Source: Anaerolineae bacterium (lineage in GTDB: Bacteria > Chloroflexota > Anaerolineae > DRVO01). From it: 48,812 bases of DNA. Shown piece after piece: positions 7,574 through 16,229 of this stretch. The notes beneath the pieces are model-generated. The model saw only the letters and a program-made list of their open reading frames with translations, searched no databases and was not told where the DNA came from. The stretch is taken from assembly GCA_050945695.1 (NCBI GenBank), contig JBMNTK010000003.1, positions 1 through 48,812 of the forward strand. Reading direction: 5' to 3'. Within the stretch, counting starts at the first letter, position 1, and every line of letters starts with the position of its first letter. The translations under genes and the position numbers were made by a program.

Positions 7574-9898
7574 ATGCACGACCAGCCTCTCTTCCAGAGC
7601 CCCACCCGACGGTGGATCGAACCGGTTCCCGTCTCCGTCCCTGACGCCCTTCGCGAACGCGTGGGCGGGCACCCCCTCCTCGCTCAGACCCTCGTCCGCC
7701 GCGGCTACACCGACCCCGACCGCGCCCTCGCCTTCCTCGACCCGGACGCCTATAGCCCCGCCGAACCGACCGACCTGCCGGGCATGGCCACCGCCTGCGA
7801 GCGCATCCAGGCCGCCATCGCCGCCGGCGAGCGGGTCCTCATCTGGGGAGACTTCGACGTGGACGGCCAGACCGCCACCGCTCTGCTGGTCTCCGTCCTA
7901 CGGGAGCTGGGGGCGGACGTGGGCTACCACGTGCCCGTGCGGGCCGAGGAGTCCCACGGGCTCAACCTCCCCGTGCTGGCCCGGCTGCTGGAGCGGCACA
8001 AGCCCGGGCTGCTCATCACCTGCGACACGGGCGTCTCGGACTCGGAGCCTATCGCTTACGCACGCGGACAGGGCGTGGACGTCATCGTCACCGACCACCA
8101 CGAGCTGCCCGATGTCCTTCCCCCTGCCCTGGCCCTCCTCAACCCCAAGCTCCTGCCTCCGGACCATCCCCTACGGGAGCTCTCCGGCGTGGGTGTGGCC
8201 TACGAGCTGGCCCACGAACTGTGCCGCCGGGCCGGGCAGGCCGGCAAGGAGGAGCGGCATCTGGACCTGGTGGCACTGGGGCTGGTGGCCGACCTGGCAG
8301 TCCAGGTGGGGGACGTCCGCTACCTCATCCAGCGGGGCCTGGAGGCGCTGCGGGAGAGTGAGCGAGTGGGGCTGCGGGCGCTGGTGGAGGTGGCCCAGGT
8401 GGAACAGGCCCGCCTGAGCGAGGGCCACATCTCCTTTGCCCTGGCCCCGCGTCTGAACGCCGTGGGCCGGCTCGCCGATGCCAGCGTGGCGGTGGAGCTC
8501 CTCACCACCGCCGACGTGGGCCGGGCGCGGGTGATCGCCAACGAGCTGGAGGGGCTCAACGCCCGTCGGCAGCTGCTCTGCGAGCAGGTATTCGAGGCAG
8601 CCCAGGCCCAGATAGAGGCCGACCCCTCGCTGCTGGACGCGGCGGCGCTGGTCCTGGCCCATCCCGCCTGGCCGCCCGGGGTAATCGGGATCGTGGCCAG
8701 CCGGCTGGTGGAACGCTACCACCGGCCTGCCGTCCTCATCGCCGCCCCCGAGGGGGAACTGGCCCGGGGCTCGGCCCGCTCGGTGGAGGGCTGCAACATC
8801 ACCGAGGCCATCGCCGAGCAGGCCCACCTCCTGGCCGGCTTCGGTGGGCACCCCATGGCAGCCGGCTTCCGGCTGGAGCCCGAGAGCATCCCCGCCTTCC
8901 GACAGGGCCTGGCCGAAGCGGTGTTGAGGATGCGGGGGCGCAGGGGCGAGGTGGTCCCATCCCTACAGATTGACGGCTACCTGCCCCTCGAGGACCTGAC
9001 CCCCCAGCTGGTGGATGACATCGAGCGCTTGGCCCCCTTCGGCCCCGGCAACCCATCCCTCACCCTGGCTACCCGCAACCTGGCCCTGAAGAGCTACTCG
9101 GCTCTGGGCCGAGCGGGCGAGCACCTGCAGTTGTTCGTGCAAGACGGCATGGGCACGGTGCGTCGGGTGCTCTGGTGGGGCGGGGCCGGCTCCCCCCTGC
9201 CCGAGGGCCCCTTCGATCTGGCCTACACCGTCCGCGCCAGCGACTACCGGGGCCTACGCGAGGTCCAGATCGAGTGGGTGGACTTCCGACCGGTAGAAGG
9301 GGCTCGACGTCGGGCGCTGGACATCGCCGTGGTAGACCTGCGCCCCTACCCAGACCCCCGAGCCGTGCTGGAGGAGCTGCGCCGAAGCGAGGATATCCAG
9401 GTCTGGGCAGAGGTGGAGGGCCCGCCCGGGTCGGTGGGCCGAGATGCACTGGTCGCCAGTTCTGCCCTGGCCATCTGGACCAGCCCGCCGGGGCCGGAGG
9501 AGCTGCGGCAGGCCATCGAGCGAGCAGGGCCGGAGAGGGTGTACCTCTTTGCCCAGGACCCGAGCACGGACGACCTGGGAGCGTTCCTCCGGCGGCTGGC
9601 GGGGCTGGCCAAGTATGCCCTGCGCCGCGCCGACGGGCAGGTGAGCGTGGGGGCCCTGGCGGCGGCAACGGGGCAGCGTGAGGCCACCGTGCGCCTGGGC
9701 CTGGCCTGGTTGGCCGCCCACGGAGACGTGACCGTGACCGAAGAGGAGAGCCAGGTGCGACTGTCACCGGGCACGGGTCAACCGGACCATCAACTGCCCC
9801 AGATAGAGATGGGTCTGCGAGCGCTGCTGGACGAGACGCGGGCCTGGCGCCGCTACTACCAGAGCGCGCCGGCCGAAGGGCTCGTGCGCGAGGGGTGA
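7574..9898 (+). CDS. recJ: single-stranded-DNA-specific exonuclease RecJ
   Basis: DHH-family motifs GDFDVDGQTA, ITCDTG and VIVTDHH, plus the DHHA1 motif GGHPMAAG. 774 aa with a long C-terminal extension. Confidence 0.9.
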   Translation: MHDQPLFQSPTRRWIEPVPVSVPDALRERVGGHPLLAQTLVRRGYTDPDRALAFLDPDAYSPAEPTDLPGMATACERIQAAIAAGERVLIWGDFDVDGQTATALLVSVLRELGADVGYHVPVRAEESHGLNLPVLARLLERHKPGLLITCDTGVSDSEPIAYARGQGVDVIVTDHHELPDVLPPALALLNPKLLPPDHPLRELSGVGVAYELAHELCRRAGQAGKEERHLDLVALGLVADLAVQVGDVRYLIQRGLEALRESERVGLRALVEVAQVEQARLSEGHISFALAPRLNAVGRLADASVAVELLTTADVGRARVIANELEGLNARRQLLCEQVFEAAQAQIEADPSLLDAAALVLAHPAWPPGVIGIVASRLVERYHRPAVLIAAPEGELARGSARSVEGCNITEAIAEQAHLLAGFGGHPMAAGFRLEPESIPAFRQGLAEAVLRMRGRRGEVVPSLQIDGYLPLEDLTPQLVDDIERLAPFGPGNPSLTLATRNLALKSYSALGRAGEHLQLFVQDGMGTVRRVLWWGGAGSPLPEGPFDLAYTVRASDYRGLREVQIEWVDFRPVEGARRRALDIAVVDLRPYPDPRAVLEELRRSEDIQVWAEVEGPPGSVGRDALVASSALAIWTSPPGPEELRQAIERAGPERVYLFAQDPSTDDLGAFLRRLAGLAKYALRRADGQVSVGALAAATGQREATVRLGLAWLAAHGDVTVTEEESQVRLSPGTGQPDHQLPQIEMGLRALLDETRAWRRYYQSAPAEGLVREG

Positions 9899-9984
9899 GA
9901 GGGCACCAGCCTGCTCCCCCTTCCCCTTCAGAGAAGTCCGCCACTTCGCTCCGCGGAGTGGCGTGGGCTGGGGGGTTAGGTTAC

Positions 9985-11088
9985 CTACGCCCCCTTCCCG
10001 GACGCCGCCCCGCTCCAGCGGCCGGCCAGGCGGGTGATGAGCGGCAGCAGCAGCATGAGGATGATCTGGCGGGCCAGGTGCATGGCCGCCACCAGTTGCG
10101 CATCCCCGCCCAGCTCACCGGCCAGGATCACCATCTGCTCGGCACCGCCGGGAGCGCTCCCCACCATCGCCGTGATCGGGTCGAGGGTGGTCGTCTGAAC
10201 GAGGAGCCACCCGAGCCCTAAGCCGGCGACGATCATGGAAGCAGTCATCGCCGCCCCGGCGACGGCGAAGGGGCGGAAGTCCCGCAGCACCGCGCGGGTG
10301 ACGCCAGCACCCACCCCCGCACCGATGATCCATTGCGCAAAGAGCGGCCAGGAGTTGGGCAGGCCATCCAGGTGCAGCCACGTCTGATTGACCAGCCCGC
10401 CCACGGCCATGGCAGCCAGGATCTCACCGCCGGGCAGCTTCACCTTCACGGCCAGGGCCGCGGCCAGCATTCCGATGGCGAGGAGCACCCCCAGCGCCAA
10501 CAGCGGCGTAGCCCCACCGGAAGCGGCAAGCGGCATCACCGCCGCGCCTGGATCGCCGAAGATCACGCGCACCAGCCCGGGCATGACCAAGAGGATGCTG
10601 ATCAGGCGGACTAGGTGCATGCTGGCCACCGCCTTGCTATTGCCGCCCAGGTCCTCGGCCAGGGACACCATAGCCGCCAGCACGCCCGGGCTGCAGGCGC
10701 ACAGAGCCGAGGCCAGGTCCATGTGGGTGAGACGGTTTATCGCCCAGGCCAGCGCCATGCCCAGCACCACCAGCATGAGCACGTTGGCCCCCACCGGGAC
10801 GATCGCCCCGGCGATTGCCCGTAGCGTCTCCATGGTGACGGCGGCGCCGATGGTGAGTCCCAGTACGATGCGGGCGAGACTACGAAGCCAGCGGGGCGGC
10901 TCCGCTACGGGCCGTTCCAGCAGGCGGACGACGGCGCTGGCCACCAGGGCGCCGGTGAAGGGCCCGCCTGGTAGGTGGAAGTAGCGTCCGGCGGCCGCGC
11001 CCACCGCCGCTACCAGCAGGCACAGCCCCACCGGACGCGAGAGGCCCGTGGAGGCCAGGGCGGAATAGACAGGGGCCGGCAAGGGCAC
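9985..11088 (-). CDS. AbrB-family (PF05145-like, 'putative ammonia monooxygenase') duplicated membrane protein
   Basis: Two repeated polytopic halves (HLPGGPFTGALVASAVV... and KLPGGEILAAMAVGGLV...). ORF 9985..11580 was trimmed because its first ~165 codons run through intergenic repeat elements. GTG 11088 is only a best guess and has no clear SD. Confidence 0.65.
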   Translation of the reverse strand: MPLPAPVYSALASTGLSRPVGLCLLVAAVGAAAGRYFHLPGGPFTGALVASAVVRLLERPVAEPPRWLRSLARIVLGLTIGAAVTMETLRAIAGAIVPVGANVLMLVVLGMALAWAINRLTHMDLASALCACSPGVLAAMVSLAEDLGGNSKAVASMHLVRLISILLVMPGLVRVIFGDPGAAVMPLAASGGATPLLALGVLLAIGMLAAALAVKVKLPGGEILAAMAVGGLVNQTWLHLDGLPNSWPLFAQWIIGAGVGAGVTRAVLRDFRPFAVAGAAMTASMIVAGLGLGWLLVQTTTLDPITAMVGSAPGGAEQMVILAGELGGDAQLVAAMHLARQIILMLLLPLITRLAGRWSGAASGKGA

Positions 11089-11268
11089 TCGGGCCCGTGC
11101 GGCCGTGTGGGTAGATGGAAGCTGTGTGGACGACGTCTCGCTATCTCCTTGGCCGCGCCTGGGCAACCCCAGCCGGCCGACCCTCAGCGCCTGAACGATG
11201 CGAGGGCAAGGTACACTTTCGCCAGGCCGGTAGGCAAGATGCCGGCCTGTGAGGAGTGCGGACCCCAA

Positions 11269-11309
11269 GAGCCCTCGAACGGAATGCGGGGTCCATGGCC
11301 CTTCGGCCG
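11269..11309 (+). repeat. hairpin repeat family C' (gagccctcgaaYggaatKcgggg...ccttcggccg)
   Basis: A ~41-nt match with a few substitutions to 28099-28139 (same orientation) and to 29596-29635 (reverse orientation). It contains its own stem-loop. Confidence 0.7.
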
Positions 11310-11534
11310 ATAGACAGGGGGCCGGGGCCATCCCGGTAGGAGCAGGCGCAGTGGCCTGCCCCACAGGGCGGACGGGGTCGTCCGCCCCTATGGGCGCGCC
11401 TGGGGCCTGGGCGCACCAGTGTGCGCCTAGTAGCGCGCACCCCAACCGTCCTGAAGGGCACCGGCACTGCTGCGCATTACACGTCGCCTCAACGGCTCTG
11501 ATCCAGCGTCCGCGTAGGCGGACGCCCGGCCGAA

Positions 11535-11567
11535 GGCCCAGCAGCCCCGACTTGAGTCGAGGGCCCC
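11535..11567 (+). repeat. hairpin repeat family C (ggcccagcagccccgacttgagtcgagggcccc)
   Basis: 33-nt perfect identity with 28147-28179. It contains the dyad cgact-tg-agtcg. Confidence 0.8.
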
Positions 11568-11771
11568 TCCGGTACCCCACACAGCCCCGGCCTCGGTCGA
11601 GGTCCCTGCGCGCTTGGGCTTCGGGCTCACAGACCCGCGCCTAGTAGCGCGCACTCCTCATAGGGACGAGGCGACTCGTGACGCTTCACGCGCGACCCGT
11701 TGGCGGACACCGCCACCCTGACGCACAATGGGGGCTGGTGGCAGCGCATCTCGACGGGGTGGGGAGAGCAA

Positions 11772-12317
11772 ATGGCACCTCAGGCTGACGACCTAACGAT
11801 CCGGCTCCTCGCTGAGGCCGACCTGGTGCACCTCGCCGATCTCGACCGCTCGGAGGAGATCACCCTCGGCTACCGGGTGGAAGAGGGACGACTGATCGCC
11901 GAGCCGGTGGACCGCAAGCGGTCACGTTGGGACGAGGGCCAGGTGGCGCGCTTCCGTCTGCGAGTGCTGGAGCAGCTGGAGCGCGGCGGGCAGGCAGTGG
12001 GCGCCTTCGATGGAGACCGCCTGGTGGGGTTCGCCGTGCTGGGCTACTGCTTCCGGGGGCCCAACCGCGACTACCTGCACCTGGACCTGCTGCACGTGAG
12101 CCGTCCCTACCGCCGGATGGGGGTGGCCACCCGCCTCATGGAGCAGATCGAGAGTCTGGCGCGTGAGCGCGGGGCACGCCGGCTCTACATCTCGGCCACG
12201 CCGTCGCAGTCGGCCGTGGGCTTCTACTTCAGCCGGGGCGCCCGGCTGGCCCCCGAGCCGGACCCCGAGCTCCACGCCTTGGAGCCCCACGACATACCGC
12301 TCATGATAGAGCTGTAG
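11772..12317 (+). CDS. GNAT family N-acetyltransferase
   Basis: ORF from TTG 11700 trimmed to ATG 11772 (GGGGAGAG upstream). Acetyl-CoA motif VSRPYRRMGVATRLMEQIESLARERGARRLYI. Confidence 0.75.
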   Translation: MAPQADDLTIRLLAEADLVHLADLDRSEEITLGYRVEEGRLIAEPVDRKRSRWDEGQVARFRLRVLEQLERGGQAVGAFDGDRLVGFAVLGYCFRGPNRDYLHLDLLHVSRPYRRMGVATRLMEQIESLARERGARRLYISATPSQSAVGFYFSRGARLAPEPDPELHALEPHDIPLMIEL

Positions 12318-12331
12318 GAGGCCTACCCGAG

Positions 12332-13099
12332 ATGCCCACCCTCACCGATCCCGCCTGGCTGGAGTCGCTCAGGCACTTCGAGATCAACTTCCCTGAGGAC
12401 TTCGCCGACCGGGAGGTTCGCCCCTGGGGCCTCCTCTTCCACTGCCAGGACAACCCCGTATCCTACGATAGCAACCACGCCGTCGTGCTAGACCTGGAGG
12501 GCGACCTCGATGCGGCAATGCGCGAGATCGCCGAGTTCTACCAGGCCAGGCAGATCACGCCCCGGGTCTACTCGGCCGGCTTGCCCGGGGAGAGCGAGGC
12601 GCTCCGGCCGGCACTGGCCAAGGCCGGGTTCCAATCCGAAGACTACCCTCTGCGCTGGTTCTTCCTGGAAGGCAGCTCGCGCGTTCACCCCGATGCAACC
12701 CTGGAGGTGCGCCGGGTGCACGCTCTGGATGACGCCCTCATCGGCCTGATCAACGCCGACGGCGAGGAGCCCTGGAACGTGGGGGTGCTGGAGAGACACG
12801 TGCGCTGCGACCGGTTCCACCTCCTGGTCGGCTACATTCAGGGCGAGCCTGTGACCAGGGCCTCGCTCAAGCTGATGAACGGCATCGGTCGGGTGGACGA
12901 CGTCTTCACCCACCCCAAGCACCGCGGCCACGGCTACGCCCGTACCCTGATGCACCACCTCGTGCAGTGCCATCGCCGGCTGACCTCCGGTCCGCTCTAC
13001 CTTTGGGCCGAGAACCCCACGGCCATCCGCGTCTACGAGGACGTGGGTTTCGTGGAACTGGAAGGCGCCCCTCCCACCTGGGCTGCCTGGCTGGCATAG
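12332..13099 (+). CDS. GNAT family N-acetyltransferase
   Basis: AGGAGG 9 nt upstream of the ATG. C-terminal VFTHPKHRGHGYARTLMHHLV ... NPTAIRVYEDVGF. Confidence 0.7.
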   Translation: MPTLTDPAWLESLRHFEINFPEDFADREVRPWGLLFHCQDNPVSYDSNHAVVLDLEGDLDAAMREIAEFYQARQITPRVYSAGLPGESEALRPALAKAGFQSEDYPLRWFFLEGSSRVHPDATLEVRRVHALDDALIGLINADGEEPWNVGVLERHVRCDRFHLLVGYIQGEPVTRASLKLMNGIGRVDDVFTHPKHRGHGYARTLMHHLVQCHRRLTSGPLYLWAENPTAIRVYEDVGFVELEGAPPTWAAWLA

Positions 13100-13245
13100 G
13101 TTAGCGTCATGCCTCCGGCCCCCGCGAGACCTCTGGTCCACAGGCGGGGGCCGTCATCTTGCCGTCCCGCCCAAGATCCCCTCTCGACGAAGGGCCCTCC
13201 TGCCGATACAGTACCGAGCAATAGCGGCTTCTATCAGGGGGAGAC

Positions 13246-14397
13246 ATGCACGTCACAGCAGACTTCGAATGCGGCAATGGCAAGAACATCCGAGAGGTAG
13301 TGCCCGGCCACTTCCGCCTAGACGAGGTAGGCGAGAAGCCGCCCTACTGCAAGTACTTCTGCGTACGGGTCGAGGCGGACGGCGACGGCGGGCTGGTCCA
13401 ACTGGACGTCTACCCTGACCCTGACCTGGGTGAAGTCGGCCGTATCGGGATGATGGGCCACTACCCCTCCCAGATCTGGTACTCCACCGACGAGATGGAG
13501 CGGTGGCGGCCCACTGAGAACTCCTGGGAGAACACCACCGAGTTCCACGAGACCCACCTGGTGGCGCGGGTGCGGATGAAACCGGGGACGCGCGTATACG
13601 TGGCCAGCAACCCCGTCGCCTGCTACACCCGGGTGGCCAACTGGGCACGGTCACTGGGCGCAAGAGGAGCTGGCGACTGCCACAGTCTGTCCCTGGGGGC
13701 CAGCTTCGAGGAGCGCCAGATTCCCCTGTTGCGCATTCCCGCCCGCGGGCCCGACCCCACCCGGGTATTCGTCTTCGCCGGCCAGCACCCCTCGGAACAC
13801 TGCGCCGTCTTCATGGCCATGGGCGCCGCGGAGTTCCTGCTGTCCGGCCATCCCGAGGCCGAGGCCCTTCGGGAGCGGTTCGAGGTCTGGGTCTGTCCCA
13901 TGATCAACGTAGACGGCAACGTTCACGGCCGCAACGGCTGGACCTTGCAGGACGTGAACATGTTCGAGGACTTCAAGGGCGCCGCCGAGGGGGCGCTACC
14001 GCAGGCGGTGGAGGACCAGCTGCTCTGGCGCTACCTCACCGAGGAGGTCCTGCCCGCCATCACCTTCCAGTTCCACGGCTTCATGGGCAAGCGGGGCTTC
14101 ATAGACCCGCCCTACGATGGGCTCTACACCTTCACCGACCCGCACTCAGTCTACGAGCAAGCCGCTGCCGCCAGTCGCTATGAGACCATCCAGGCAGCGA
14201 TGGCCTGGGATACCGATGGGCTCACCGGGCACGGCCGGCCCAACGTCTTGGCCGAAGACTCGCTCGAGTACCAGCTGGCCCGGCTCCTGGGCACCATCCC
14301 CGTGTTCTACGAGATCAACCACGGCTACCACGGGGTGTGGGCCTCCAAGCGCAAGGGCGCCCACGTGCTGCGCACCGCTTTGCGCGCCTGGGAATAG
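13246..14397 (+). CDS. M14 metallocarboxypeptidase, cytosolic-carboxypeptidase (CCP/M14D)-like
   Basis: N-domain motif DFECGNG (compare F-E-S-G-N-L of CCPs), zinc motif QHPSEH (HxxE), and VCPMINVDGNVHG. Confidence 0.65.
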   Translation: MHVTADFECGNGKNIREVVPGHFRLDEVGEKPPYCKYFCVRVEADGDGGLVQLDVYPDPDLGEVGRIGMMGHYPSQIWYSTDEMERWRPTENSWENTTEFHETHLVARVRMKPGTRVYVASNPVACYTRVANWARSLGARGAGDCHSLSLGASFEERQIPLLRIPARGPDPTRVFVFAGQHPSEHCAVFMAMGAAEFLLSGHPEAEALRERFEVWVCPMINVDGNVHGRNGWTLQDVNMFEDFKGAAEGALPQAVEDQLLWRYLTEEVLPAITFQFHGFMGKRGFIDPPYDGLYTFTDPHSVYEQAAAASRYETIQAAMAWDTDGLTGHGRPNVLAEDSLEYQLARLLGTIPVFYEINHGYHGVWASKRKGAHVLRTALRAWE

Positions 14398-14403
14398 GGG
14401 GAT

Positions 14404-14552
14404 TTCACCGCAGAGATCGCGGAGAGCGCGGAGAGAGCCGCAGAGAAGAACAGGGAATGGGGTAGGCTAGGTGGCCTGTCCCATTCCCTGTAGTCTTTCC
14501 TTTCCTTTTTCTCTTCTCTTTTCTCTGCGATCTCTGCGGTCTCTGCGGTGAA
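14404..14552. repeat. family A palindromic intergenic element (ACCGCAGAG-type arms)
   Basis: Left arm ttcaccgcagagatcgcggagagcgcggagag...cagggaatggg is the near reverse complement of right arm cccattccctg...ctctgcgatctctgcggtctctgcggtgaa. It fills the gap between the stops at 14397 and 14557. Confidence 0.8.
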
Positions 14553-14556
14553 TTCC

Positions 14557-15837
14557 CTATCCCTCTCGGGCCAGTTCAATCACTCGCGCCGCGTTCTCGG
14601 AGATCTTGGCGAAGGCTTCCACGTAGAGCCGCATGAGTTCCAGGTCGTTGGGCGGGTAGACGCCGCTCAGGTAGGCGTGCGCCTCGATGAACTCGCTCGT
14701 CCTGGGATACTCCGCCGAATCATAGGTGATGCCCGGTCGGGCGTGACCGCATGTCCAGGGGCAGCCCTTGCCGTAGCCCACCATGTCCTTGAACACGTCC
14801 TGCGCGGGAACGGGCATGGTCTGCCATTGGCCCACCCGCACGCCCTCGGCTGCCAGCGCCTTCTGGGCCGCCCGCTTCCATTCGCCCGGCGTCACATCCA
14901 GCCCCACTTCCTCGGGCCGGAACTCGACCACGTAGCTGAAGTAACAGGGGTCAGCGTAGTCCGGGGTATAGGGCCCCTTCACGCCCGGGATGTCCGCCAG
15001 TGCTTGGGTGAGGTAGGCGGCGAACTCCCGTCGCTTGGCGTTGTTGTACTCCAGGCGATCCAGCTGCGAGAGTATGAACGCATTGACGAACTCGTGGGGT
15101 CGGTACATCCACCCCAGGCCGTACGCGTTGTACTCCCGGTCCACGTTGGGCAGGACCACCTCACCGAACTCCCGCAGCATGGAAGCCCGGCGGTAGTAGG
15201 TCTCGTTATCCGAGGTCCACAGCCCACCCTCTCCCCCGGAGAGGTTCTTGGAGCGGTTGCAGCTGAAGCAGCCGATGTCCCCCAGGGCCCCGGTCTTGGT
15301 CCCCTTGTAGGTGGCCCCATGCGCCTGGCAGGCATCCTCGATCACGATCAGCCCATGTCGGCGAGCGATGTCCTTGATGGGGTCCATGTCGGCCGGCATG
15401 CCGTGGATGTGGACGGGCAGGATGGCCTTGGTGTGATCGGTGATGCGCTCTTCGATGAGGGAAGGATCAATGGTGTAGGTGAGCGGGTCTATGTCTGCAA
15501 AGACGGGGATGGCGTTGTGGTGCAGGACGGCCGCGGCCGTAGACCAGTAAGTGAAGGCGCTGGTGATCACCTCGTCGCCCGGGCCAATGCCCGCCCCGGC
15601 GACCGCCATGTGCAGGGCGGCCGTGCCGCTGTTGGTGACCAGGCAGTATTTGGTGCCCACGTACTCCGCCCACCGGCGCTGCAACTCCAGCGCCCTGGGC
15701 GCAGAGGTGCCGTGCAGGTGGCCACTGTCGAACACCGCCAACACCGCTTCCCGGTCTGCCTGAGTAAGGGGCGGCCAGCTCTGCACCATCCCCGCGGGCA
15801 CTACCGGCTTTCCCCCGTCCAGTGCCAACTTCGCCAT
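14557..15837 (-). CDS. DegT/DnrJ/EryC1/StrS family PLP-dependent aminotransferase
   Basis: NSGTAALHMAVAGAGIGPGDEVI, AILPVHIHGMPADMD, IEDACQAHGA, and the lysine motif FSCNRSKNLSGGEGG. Confidence 0.9.
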   Translation of the reverse strand: MAKLALDGGKPVVPAGMVQSWPPLTQADREAVLAVFDSGHLHGTSAPRALELQRRWAEYVGTKYCLVTNSGTAALHMAVAGAGIGPGDEVITSAFTYWSTAAAVLHHNAIPVFADIDPLTYTIDPSLIEERITDHTKAILPVHIHGMPADMDPIKDIARRHGLIVIEDACQAHGATYKGTKTGALGDIGCFSCNRSKNLSGGEGGLWTSDNETYYRRASMLREFGEVVLPNVDREYNAYGLGWMYRPHEFVNAFILSQLDRLEYNNAKRREFAAYLTQALADIPGVKGPYTPDYADPCYFSYVVEFRPEEVGLDVTPGEWKRAAQKALAAEGVRVGQWQTMPVPAQDVFKDMVGYGKGCPWTCGHARPGITYDSAEYPRTSEFIEAHAYLSGVYPPNDLELMRLYVEAFAKISENAARVIELAREG

Positions 15838-15965
15838 GGACCTACCTCCGTATGGGTCTCTCCCCTGGTTCGCGGGGCATCATACCATCTACCCGTGGCG
15901 TGGGGTACCCCGGTGAAGGGGTGCGGCGCCCACGCCGGCCGGACGCGATTGGCCCGCGCCGCGAT

Positions 15966-15994
15966 TTGACCGGCCCATGTATCAGGACTACACT
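15966..15994 (+). promoter_or_regulatory. sigma-70-like promoter (TTGACC-17 nt-TACACT)
   Basis: TTGACC at 15966-15971 and TACACT at 15989-15994, with an exact 17-nt spacer. It lies in one of the few AT-richer stretches and faces the mini-ORF and the RIO kinase gene. Confidence 0.4.
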
Positions 15995-16027
15995 CATCCG
16001 GACATTCTGCGCGGAAGGAGGCGTAAA

Positions 16028-16093
16028 ATGGCACAACTGAAACTTGCAGCCTCGGTGGCCACGGATACGCCTGCCTGCGGCGCGGGTCGCTAA
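16028..16093 (+). CDS. 21-codon mini-ORF (MAQLKLAASVATDTPACGAGR), possible leader peptide or small protein
   Basis: GGAAGGAGG (16013-16021) lies 6 nt upstream of the ATG, ~35 nt downstream of the putative promoter. TAA stop at 16091-16093. There is no homology evidence. Confidence 0.3.
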   Translation: MAQLKLAASVATDTPACGAGR

Positions 16094-16229
16094 CCTCGCA
16101 CTACTCGGTTCCACTCACAACCGCACGGTCCCAGGCGTATCCCTCACCCGTAACTTGAGATGAGGGAGCGGAGGCATTCGCCTGCGGGCCGTTTGTCTTT
16201 CCCGCCCTGGTGACATACCCCGTCTCCCC

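Noticed and set aside
11089-11580. N-terminal ~165 codons of ORF 9985..11580, which would give a 531-aa AbrB-family protein.
   Set aside because: The extension translates to low-complexity Arg/Gly/Pro sequence. It runs straight through repeat modules that also occur in other intergenic regions (SSPDLSRGP-type peptides). Family members are ~350 aa.
14404-14552. CRISPR-like appearance of the reiterated ctctgcgg/ccgcagag units.
   Set aside because: The units are 8-10 nt, directly abutting and arranged as an inverted repeat. There are no constant-length unique spacers and no cas genes.
14548-15969. 473-aa ORF on the plus strand. Similar very long ORFs occur at 1284..2180 (+), 25282..26538 (-), 34226..35443 (+), 33054..33872 (+), 21203..22147 (+), 46071..47231 (-), 47379..48650 (-), 9069..9944 (-) and 2433..3293 (-).
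   Set aside because: Each lies antisense to a gene with clear family motifs (DegT, cytochrome c, ASKHA kinase and others). Their translations are Arg/Gly/Pro/Ala/His-rich with no recognisable domains. This is the expected stop-codon-poor artefact of a G+C-rich genome.
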